Shown here: one piece after another, positions 11,289-19,943 of the stretch
How the letters are laid out: each line of letters starts with the position of its first letter
Numbering within the stretch: the first letter of the stretch is position 1
Assembly (NCBI GenBank): GCA_963844715.1
Contig: CAWJPJ010000006.1
Coordinates: 960,001 to 1,024,000 of the forward strand
Length of the DNA: 64,000 nt
Source of the DNA: an uncultured Phycisphaerales bacterium
GTDB taxonomy: Bacteria > Planctomycetota > Phycisphaerae > Tepidisphaerales > Tepidisphaeraceae
Reading direction: 5' to 3'
Notes under the pieces: model-generated
The model's input: the letters and a program-made list of their open reading frames with translations, nothing else
The model's database searches: none
What the model was told of the DNA's origin: nothing
Position numbers and translations under genes: made by a program

Positions 11289-11384
11289 ACCGATGACCTG
11301 TCGGCGCGGCAACCGCTCTAAAACGCGTTCCCCACGGACTTCCAAAATCGGGGTGACAAGTCACCAGTTGAACTTTCCTGCGTT
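11271..11384. repeat. Junction between the cassettes: degenerate tRNA-like copy followed by left att-like repeat copy 2
   Basis: gtgataggatttgaacc matches the tRNA T-arm; 11299-11356 aligns to 13235-13294 (~50/60); 11342-11384 aligns to 8014-8056. Confidence 0.8.
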
Positions 11385-11656
11385 CTTCGCTCAGAAATGA
11401 GGGCGTAAAGCGGCGCGGTGCATCGCCAGTTATAACGACCTCGTTCAGTTCCCGGACGGGGTATACGCCGTAGATTGCCAGCCCCTTCAGTGTTGGTTCA
11501 ACCTGAAATGGAACGAGGGCGATTCCCATTCGTGACATCGAAAGGTCCATGAGTCTGATTGAGAGCTGGCGATGTCATTTGAACGAGTCAGCCTTCCAGA
11601 ATAGGCCGGCGACGGACCAGAACATCGACACCAAACGAGGGGGAGTCGCCCAGCAT

Positions 11657-11698
11657 TATAGCACCGCTATAGACACCGACGTATAGCAGTGCTATAGT
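11657..11698 (+). promoter_or_regulatory. Two TetR-type operators overlapping a sigma70 promoter
   Basis: TATAGC-acc-GCTATA (11657-11671) and TATAGCA-g-TGCTATA (11682-11696); TAGACA-17 nt-TATAGT with extended TG. Confidence 0.75.
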
Positions 11699-11704
11699 GC
11701 TCGG

Positions 11705-12262
11705 ATGACTACGCGAGAGACGCTGGTAACAGCGGCGATAAAAATCATCGAAAGGGACGGGGCGGCGGAGTTTTCCACGCGGGCGGTCTGCACGCTCGCG
11801 AAGGTAACCGCACCGACGCTCTATCACCATTTCGGCAGTGCCGACGGCCTGCTGAGCGCCGCCATCGAGGAGGCGTTCAACCAGTTCCTTGAACGCAAAA
11901 AGGCCGTTGCGCGACAGCCCGATTCTGAGTCTGCTCTGCGGCACGGCTGGAACAACTACGTCCGCTTTGCCGCGGAGCGCCCGCGACTCTACGCGGCGAT
12001 GATTTCCCGCCTTCTTCTGGGAGCCAAGATCCCGGCTGCCGAGCAGGCGAGATTGCACTTGATGGCACGCATCAAGGCCGTCGCCGACAAGGGACGGCTC
12101 GCCATCGCCGCCGACGCCGCCGCCGATCTCGTCTGGGCCTCCTCCCACGCAGCCGCTCTTCTCTACGTCATGGGGAAACCCGATCAAGTCGTTATCGACG
12201 GCCTGCGTGACCGGGCGATGGGGATAGTCTTCAAACCAACGACAAAAGGAAAAAACAAATGA
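11705..12262 (+). CDS. TetR/AcrR family transcriptional regulator
   Basis: N-terminal HTH: STRAVCTLAKVTAPTLYHHFGSADGL. Confidence 0.9.
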   Translation: MTTRETLVTAAIKIIERDGAAEFSTRAVCTLAKVTAPTLYHHFGSADGLLSAAIEEAFNQFLERKKAVARQPDSESALRHGWNNYVRFAAERPRLYAAMISRLLLGAKIPAAEQARLHLMARIKAVADKGRLAIAADAAADLVWASSHAAALLYVMGKPDQVVIDGLRDRAMGIVFKPTTKGKNK

Positions 12263-13227
12263 AAGTCTTTGTCACCGGAGGCTCCGGCTTCCTTGGTTCG
12301 CGTATGATCAAACAGCTTGCGGCCGACGGTCACAACGTTCTTGCCCTCACCCGGTCTGAGGCGTCTGATGGGAAAATTCGTTCGCTGGGAGCGACCCCGT
12401 TGCGGGGTGACATTGAGCGGCCCGAGTCGCTATCTCTGCCCGCGATCGATGCCGTCATCCATGCGGCGGCCTACTTCCGTTTCGCAGGTCCACGTAAACC
12501 CTATTTCAACGCGAACGTGGTGGGTACCTCCGCGATCCTGAAAGCAGCGGAGCAGGCCGGAGCAAAGACCTTCATTTACGTGAGCGCCGGCGCGGTTGTC
12601 ATGGACAACCGGGGCACGGCCGTCCACAACGCCGACGAGAGTGCCCCCACATTTCCCGACAGCTTCTCGGGCTACATCGCGAGCAAGGCACGCGGTGAAG
12701 CGGCGGTGCTGGCGGCGAACAAAGCCGGCTTCCGCACGGTCGCCATTCGGCCACCTGCCATCTGGGGGCCGAACGACAGGTTCAGCCACGAACTCCCACG
12801 CGTCATTAAATCCGGCCAGTTCGCCTTCATCGATCGCGGCAACTACGCATTCGCAACTTGCCACGTCGATAACGTGATCGAGGCCGTGCAAGGTGCGCTC
12901 GATCGCGGCACCGGCGGACGGGCCTACTTCGTTGCCGACCGCGAGCCCACGAGCTTTCGCAGATTCGTCGCCACGATCGCGGAGAGGCAGGGGTTGTCCG
13001 TCGACCGGCTACGGTCCATCCCTTATCGCCTGGCGTTCACGTTGGGACGAGTCATGGAACTCGTAGCGGCCCTCAGGTTCTCCAAGACTGACCCGCCGTT
13101 GTCACGTACGATGGTGCGGATGATCGGGCGGGAATTCACAACCAACGACGCGGCCGCGCGCCGTGAGCTGGGCTACGTTGGCAAGACCTCAAGGGCTGAG
13201 GGTATGGCGACATATCGCAGCGCTTAG
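12259..13227 (+). CDS. NAD-dependent epimerase / 3-beta-HSD-like extended SDR
   Basis: VFVTGGSGFLG, VIHAAA, YIASK (YxxxK), IRPPAIWGP; ATGA overlap with tetR. Confidence 0.9.
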   Translation: MKVFVTGGSGFLGSRMIKQLAADGHNVLALTRSEASDGKIRSLGATPLRGDIERPESLSLPAIDAVIHAAAYFRFAGPRKPYFNANVVGTSAILKAAEQAGAKTFIYVSAGAVVMDNRGTAVHNADESAPTFPDSFSGYIASKARGEAAVLAANKAGFRTVAIRPPAIWGPNDRFSHELPRVIKSGQFAFIDRGNYAFATCHVDNVIEAVQGALDRGTGGRAYFVADREPTSFRRFVATIAERQGLSVDRLRSIPYRLAFTLGRVMELVAALRFSKTDPPLSRTMVRMIGREFTTNDAAARRELGYVGKTSRAEGMATYRSA

Positions 13228-13234
13228 GGCGGCA

Positions 13235-13294
13235 TGTCGCCGCGGCGACCGCTCTAAACCGAACGCCCCACGGACTACCGAAAAATCGGGGTGA
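13235..13294 (+). repeat. Right att-like arm abutting the tRNA 3' end
   Basis: Direct repeat of 11299-11356; contains the perfect 14-bp palindrome gtcgccgcggcgac. Confidence 0.75.
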
Positions 13295-13362
13295 TAGGAT
13301 TTGAACCTACGACCTCTTGGTCCCGAACCAAGTCGCTCTAAACCAAACTGAGCTACACCCCG
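13286..13362 (-). tRNA. tRNA-Pro (anticodon CGG), CCA not encoded
   Basis: CGGGGTG/CACCCCG acceptor stem, D arm GCTC..GAGC, CTTGG-TTCGGGA-CCAAG anticodon arm, GTAGG-TTCAAAT-CCTAT T arm. Confidence 0.97.
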
Positions 13363-13397
13363 GCGTTTCTGCTTTCCTGACGATCTCCGGGGCGGAA

Positions 13398-13425
13398 AGT
13401 CTATCTGATGCACCGCGGGAGGCAA
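13398..13425 (-). promoter_or_regulatory. Putative tRNA promoter
   Basis: TTGCCT-16 nt-TAGACT on the minus strand, 35 nt upstream of the tRNA. Confidence 0.45.
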
Positions 13426-13533
13426 GCGAATCGGGCCGGGCGCGAAAACAGAGGCGTTTTTCAGCGAAAGCCGACAGATAGCCATCCGTTGGTTTTTTTT
13501 GTACCTTGTCCACCCACCAACCAAAGGAGATGC

Positions 13534-14022
13534 ATGGCAAAGCAGTACCCGCAGCAGCCGGCGATGACGATCGACGCCGCCAAGAATTACACCGCGACGA
13601 TCGACACGACCAAGGGAAAGATCGTCTGCCAGTTGTTTGCCAAGGATGCGCCGGTGACCGTGAACAATTTCGTCTTCCTCGCCCGCGAGAAGTTTTACGA
13701 TGGGACGAAATTTCACCGCGTGATCGCCGACTTCATGGTTCAGGGCGGGGACCCCACCGGCACGGGAACGGGCGGGCCGGGGTACAAGTTTGCCGATGAG
13801 ACGAGGAATAATCCCAACAAGCACAAGGCCGGTTCCCTCTCAATGGCCAACGCCGGGCCGAACACCAACGGCAGCCAATTCTTCATCACCCACGTCGTCA
13901 CCGATTGGCTCGACGGCAAGCACACCGTCTTCGGCCAGGTGAAGGACAAGGCCGGCCAGGACGTGGTGAACTCAATTAAGCAAGGTGACAAGATCAACAG
14001 CGTCGAGATCAGCGAGGCGTAG
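13534..14022 (+). CDS. ppiA: Cyclophilin-type peptidyl-prolyl cis-trans isomerase
   Basis: [53 protein letters not shown]. Confidence 0.93.
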   Translation: MAKQYPQQPAMTIDAAKNYTATIDTTKGKIVCQLFAKDAPVTVNNFVFLAREKFYDGTKFHRVIADFMVQGGDPTGTGTGGPGYKFADETRNNPNKHKAGSLSMANAGPNTNGSQFFITHVVTDWLDGKHTVFGQVKDKAGQDVVNSIKQGDKINSVEISEA

Positions 14023-16069
14023 AATCGCGCCAAATCTGCCGAAGGGCGGATTCGAAATTCCGCGTAAACCGCTTCGCGTCCATCAGCGGGGACTTGCGCA
14101 TCCGATCGCGCAGACTCCCCCGCAGTGCGCGTAAGCGTGCCCAAATCCGCCGCCAGTGCCGCGGCGTTCTTGACGAATTGCTCGGGCGAATCCGCGACCA
14201 AATCCCCCGCGAGCCCGAGATTTTTAGATTGACTATAGCCCGCGCGCGACACGGCCGTCTGCCCGCGAAGCGTGACGATCGGCACGCCCATCCACGAAGC
14301 GTCCAGGCTGGTCGTATGCCCGTTGTACGGGAACGTATCCAACCCGATGTCGATGCGATGGTAAATCTCCAAGTATTTCCCGCGCGGCTGCGGCTGCACA
14401 AATTCAACGCGCGAGGCGTCCACGCGTAGCTTTTCGATCAGCCGCTGCCGATGTTCCCCCGCCGGCGACATGAGAATAAGCCGGGAGTCCCCCACCACCG
14501 CCAGCACCTTCCCCCAAAGCTCGAAAGTCTCCTCATTCGTCTTGACGAAATTATTCAGACACCCGAACGTGATGCTCCCGATCGACTGCGCCGGCAGCGG
14601 CGAAGGCTCGCCGGTCTCCATTAATTCCATCGCATCGAAGTCGTAGCACCAAAAGCTATCCGGGAGCCGTATCGACTTTTCCCGGTAGAATGAATCCGAT
14701 TCGCCCGGCGGATCAAGATGCGGGTCCGTCAGACGATAGTCCATCGTTTCCAAACCGGTCCCACCAGGATAACCGGCAAAAGTCATCTGCACCGGGGCCG
14801 GCTTGTAAGCAAAAAGAAGAATCCGATTGCCGCGCATATGCAGGGCGAGATCAACCAGGATGTCGATGCGATCGTGCCGAATCGATTCGGCCACATTCTC
14901 ATCGGAAACCCCTGCTATGTCGCGCCATCCGTCGGCGTATGCCTGAAACTGCTCGGTCATCGAATCGGGCCGAATCGTATTGGAATAGCAGAACACCTCG
15001 AACTGATCCGCGTTGCGATGCCGCACCAGCGGCAGTATGTTCCGCCCCACGACATGCTTACAAAAGTCGGGCGATACCAGCCCGATTCGCAGCCGCCGAT
15101 CCGGATTTCGGTCCGCATCGTGCCAGCGGCGCAGCGCTCGCAACGGCGCGGCGTGCCGATCGTTCCATTCCGCGTGCTTTCGTCGAATCAAATCCGCGTC
15201 CGCATTCGGATCAAAATGCAGGGCGTACACCAGATTGCTGTGAATGGAGGAATTCCCCGGCTGGAGTTTGACGGCCCGCGTAAAAGCATCGATCGCAGCG
15301 TGAATGTCGCCCGCCGCCTGAAACGCATTGCCCAGGGAATTCTGCACCTCGGCATCATCGTTGTTTTCCCTGGCGATTTTACGCAGCACGGATATCGATT
15401 CATCCAGATCGCCGTTCAATGCCAACGCCTGGCCAAGCAAAATCGAGGTGCGCAAGAATTGCGGTTGAAGCTGAACCGCCCGGCGAGCCGCGGGAATCGC
15501 GAGCGACGACCTGCGCGAGCCAAAAGCGCGTCCGCCAAATTGGCGAAGATCAAAGCTCCATCCGGCTGCAACTCCGTGGCACGGCTCAAACAGGCGATCG
15601 CATCATCCAGCAACCCCAACGCCCGCAGCGCACGCCCTAGATTGTTATGAGCCGCCGCATAATTCGGCCGCAGCGCCAGCGCCCGCCGCGCCGCGGCAAC
15701 CGCCTCCTCGAATTTCCCCGTCTCGCACAACGCGTCGGCCAGATTCGCGTACGCCTCCGGATAATTGGGATTCAGTTCCAGCGCCGTTTTGTATGCCGAG
15801 ACCGCTTTCTCCGGCTGATTCGATTTCGCCAGGGCGGACCCAAGATTGCACTGGTAATCAGCCGCCTGCGGCGCGGCGGCGACCGTGCGCGAAAGAAGCG
15901 CGACCCCTTCCTTCAAGTCGCCCAGTTGACACTCAACGATCCCCAGAATGTGCAGGATGGCGGCATCGTTCGGATCAGCGGCATGAGCGATCCGATATAG
16001 CGCCCGCGCGTCTTCGAGCCGGCCGGCGCGATAATGCCCCAGCGCCAAGTCGAGCGGCCGTTCGCTCAT
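14009..16069 (-). CDS. TPR + SPINDLY/O-GlcNAc transferase (GT41) family protein (indels ~15500, ~14130)
   Basis: N-terminal TPRs; [61 protein letters not shown]. Confidence 0.88.
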
Positions 16070-18032
16070 CCAGTTAAACCTTTCAGTGCGCCGGCCAACC
16101 GTTCGATCGGCACACTCCAGTCGCCGATGGTTTCCTGTCTGAAAAGCCGCATCGTGGGATACCACGGCGAGTCCGTGCGATCCAGAAGCCAACGCCAGTC
16201 CGGAACGCGCTTCAATAACGTCCAAACGCGCTTGCCCAGCGCCCGGCAAGCTGCGCGGCGGCGGTGTCGACGCTGACGATCAAATCAAGCTGATCCATCA
16301 GCGCCGCGGAATCGGCAAAATCCTTGATGTGCGACGTCGTGTCGATCATATTCATTCCGGACGGCGGATTTTTCGCCTCTGCCGCGGCGTTACCCAATTG
16401 CACGCTGTAAAACTGAATTCTCGGATCGGCCAGCGGCGCCAGCATATTCAGCGAGATCGATCGCCCCGGAGGAAGCGCGCGTCCCGCCCAGATCAGGCCC
16501 ACTTTCAATTTGCCCGCGCCCTGTGCGATCGCATCCGAAAACTTCTGCCGCAATTCGGGATCGCTCTTCAAGTACGCCCCCTCCCATGGCACATCCTGCG
16601 GACTCACCAGCCGCATTGCCAGCGGAAGACTCGGCAGCGGGCAATGAACGTCGAATTCCGGAAGCGTCTGGCCGGGGGCAATGAACTCAATGTCTGCATT
16701 CAATGTTTCCAAAAGCCGTCGCATCGGCGGCTGATAGAGGAGAAATACTTTTCCACCGCGCCGCGCCACCATTGGTATATAGCGCGCAAAGTGAATCGTA
16801 TCGCCAAACGCCTGCTCGCAGTGGAGGAGGATCCGCTTCCCCGTAAGATCGCCTCCCCCCCAGATCGGAACCGTGAATCTGGAAATTCCCGGCAAGAACG
16901 CGGGAACTCTCTTCCGCCATTCATATTCCGCCCAGCCATTTTGAAAATCGCCTTGCAGGAGCAGGATCAACCCGATGCTCCAGCGGGCCAGCGCCAAATC
17001 CGGTTGAAGCTCCAACGCGCGCCGATGCGCCGCCAGCGCGCCGGAGAAATCACCCTTCAAATGGAGCGCATTCCCGATGTTATTCTGAGCCTCCATAAAA
17101 TCCGGCCGCTGTGACAGCGCGATGAGATAGGCCTCTTCCGCGCCGGCGATCTCCTGGTTGGCCAGAAGCGCATTGCCAAGGATATTAAAAGCCTCGGGAT
17201 AATTCGGGCGCAGCGCGACGGCTTGCCGCGCCTCGGTCACCGCCCCATCGCAATCCTGTTTCGCCAGCAATGCCGCCGCCAGCGCCGCATGAAATTCGGC
17301 CGAGTCGGGCTGCTCGGCCAGCGCTTTCCGATACATCTCGATGGCTTCGTCCAATTGCGACTTCGCCAGCAGGGCGTTACCCAGGTTGCAAAACGTAATC
17401 GGCGAATTCGGCCGCAGCGCCAGCGCCCGCCGATACGAGTCGATCGCCTCATCGAATCGATGCTGCGCCGCCTGCACGTACCCCAGATTGTTATGGGCAT
17501 CCGCATAATCCGACCGCAGCGACAGGGCTTTGAAAAACGCCTCCGCCGCGCGGTCCCAATCGCTTTGGGCGGCCAGCGCATTTCCGAGATTGTTCCACAC
17601 CTCCGGCGAATCAGGCCGCAGCGCCAGCGCCTGGCGATATGTGTTCATCGCCTCTTCATATTGCCCCAGCGCTTTAAGTGCGATCCCAAGATTGTTGTAG
17701 ATATCCAGCGAGTTCGGGCTGAGCTGCATCGCCTGGCGGTAGCACGCAACCGCCTCCTGCAGTTTTCCGGTGGACGCCAGGGCCAGTCCCAGGTTGCTGT
17801 GAAAATGAGCGCGATCGGGATGCAGTTCCACCGCGCGGCGCAGGGCGTCGACGGCGGTGACGAGATGCCCCGACTGAAGCGCCACGATCCCCAGCAGATG
17901 CCAGGCCTCGCCGTTCTCCGGCTCGTGAGACAAAACATCGCGGCAGAGCCGATCCGCTTCCTGCCACTGCCCGGATTGCCGGCAATGTTCGGCCAGGTCC
18001 AACGTCTGCTGAAGAGACGACACGGTCATCAT
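16066..18032 (-). CDS. TPR-repeat protein with C-terminal GT9-like domain (indel ~16240)
   Basis: About 10 TPRs; GWAEYEWR, EQAFGDTIHFARY, KVGLIWAG, LDLIVSVDTA, then DWRW..DSPWYPTMRLFRQ in the shifted frame. Confidence 0.85.
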
Positions 18033-18089
18033 TTGAAATGATAAACGATATCCGTAAAAAGTGCTGAATGGGGATTGATGAGTGCGGAA

Positions 18090-18722
18090 TTAAATCGCTG
18101 TTTGCATCTTGCGGGATTGCAACTGATTAAGAAGCTTGCGCCAAGCTCCATCGATCGATGCCAAAATTTCGTCGGGAGACTGGCGGTGCAGTTCCATCGG
18201 CGGACCATAGATGAGGCGGACTGGATGGGACCGGAAAATCCGCCTTCCCTTCGGCCACGCCTGAAATGACCCCTCGATTGCCACCGGCACGACCGGCACC
18301 TCCGCCCGGCGGATGATCAGAGTCACCCCCTTCAATATGGAGCGGATTTCCCCCGTTTCCGAGCGGGTGCCTTCCGGGAACACATTGAGCAGATTCCCCG
18401 CGGAAAGCTGCCGAACGCATTCCTTCAGCGCCCCGATATCCGCCGAATTGCGCTCGACGGGAAACGCGTGAAACTCGCGAATCACCCGATTCAAGAATGG
18501 ATGCTCGAAAAGCGTGCTTCGAGCCATGTAGCTCACCGGACGGCGAAGATGCACGGCCACCAAGATCGGATCCAAAAAACTCTGATGATTGGAAACGAGC
18601 AGCGCCCCCCCTTTTTCCGGAACGTTGTGCTCGTCATATGTTCGCAGGTCGAACATCAACGTCGTCCAGATTCGCGCAATGCATTGGCAAAACCGCCAGC
18701 TTAGCGAACGTTCCATCTTCAA
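18090..18722 (-). CDS. plsC: 1-acyl-sn-glycerol-3-phosphate acyltransferase
   Basis: NHQSFLD and FPEGTRS motifs. Confidence 0.88.
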   Translation of the reverse strand: MKMERSLSWRFCQCIARIWTTLMFDLRTYDEHNVPEKGGALLVSNHQSFLDPILVAVHLRRPVSYMARSTLFEHPFLNRVIREFHAFPVERNSADIGALKECVRQLSAGNLLNVFPEGTRSETGEIRSILKGVTLIIRRAEVPVVPVAIEGSFQAWPKGRRIFRSHPVRLIYGPPMELHRQSPDEILASIDGAWRKLLNQLQSRKMQTAI

Positions 18723-19400
18723 TTCCTCGGCGGCTGCTGGGGCGACTCCTGGCGAACCACGTCGATGATGCGCTGCACGACCTCGTCCTGGGTCATGCCG
18801 GTCGTGTCGATCACCCGCGCATCGGCCGGACGCGTAAGCGGGCCCACGCTTCGGCGCGAATCGCGCGTGTCTCGCTCGATAATCTGCCGCTGCAATTCCA
18901 GCATATCGACCACCTCCCCGCGAGCCCGCAATTGGGCGGCGCGGCGCCGGGCACGCTCGGCGGGTGCGGCGTCCAGATAAAATTTAAATTGCGCATCCGG
19001 AAATACCACCGACCCTTGATCCCGCCCCTCGGTAACCAGATTATGCCGCTGCGCGCCTATTTGCCGCTGCTGGGCGACGAGCAGTTGCCGGACTTCGGGC
19101 ACTTGCGCCACATACGAAACCGCGCCGGTCACCTCCCCTCCACGAAGCTGGGCGGTGACGTCATGTCCGTTAAGAAGTAGATTCGGCGGCTTCCTCGTGA
19201 AATCGAAAACGATTCTCGCCGAGCGCGATCAGCGCCAGCTCGCGCTGATCTTCAAGGCTCACCTTGCGGCGCAACGCCGCCAGGGCCACGGCGCGATACA
19301 TGGCGCCGGTATCCAGAAAATCAAAGTCTAATTTTTCGGCCACGGCGTGAGCCACCGTCGACTTTCCAGTGCCCGCCGGACCGTCAATTGTGATGATCAT
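18719..19400 (-). CDS. cmk: Cytidylate kinase (indels 19140-19230)
   Basis: [43 protein letters not shown]. Confidence 0.92.
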
Positions 19401-19943
19401 GAGCCAAACAAAGTCAGATAATGCGGAAATACACTTATGTCGCAAGTGCGCTCAGATTGTGTAATCAGGCAGTTAATGACATTTAGTCCGTTTAATATGG
19501 GCAAAAGATAGCAGGAATTAGGGGTTTTTTGCCCAAATTAACTCAAAATTTGGAATCGAAACAACTTTCGAGTCGATGAACATTGCGAATGAAGCATTGG
19601 GGTAAAAAGCGGCGAGAAATTTTTTCGATAGCTCGGAATTGTTCGTTGCAAACGCCGCCACGATACGCATTGTGTGAAATACACCTTTGACGACGGCGAT
19701 TTATCGCCTGGACCACAAAGGTGGCTCACAAACGATCGCCCGCTAGATCACTGGGGGCGACCACGCCAGGACGCGATTTGTTCTGCCGTTTGTGAGGGGA
19801 GAGAAAAACACGCACCCATGCCGATCGGGGTGGAGGACTGACCCCCCAACGTCGGTAGCGGCAACACGCTTTTAGTTAGCGCTGTCGAGCGCCACACGGT
19901 TGTTCCGTGGCCAGCAGCAGCGTCGTCATCACAGGAGGCCAAG

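Larger units (their letters stand above)
8014..13294. mobile_element. Genomic island at the 3' end of tRNA-Pro, two tandem att-bounded relic elements, no intact integrase
   Basis: Hybrid tRNA-3'-end repeats at 8014-8056, 11271-11384 and 13235-13294 bracket the cargo genes gad/MFS and tetR/SDR. Confidence 0.75.

Noticed and set aside
11271..11343. Second functional tRNA gene
   Set aside because: Acceptor and D stems are broken and there is no 7-nt anticodon loop; kept only as a tRNA-like att feature.
11233..11550. 105-aa minus-strand ORF in the island
   Set aside because: Runs across the att repeats and has no recognisable motif; at most a gene remnant.
4440..18041. Long antisense ORFs (e.g. 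4440-5684, 6247-7242, 14718-15650, 17223-18041)
   Set aside because: Shadow frames expected in high-GC coding DNA opposite well-supported genes.
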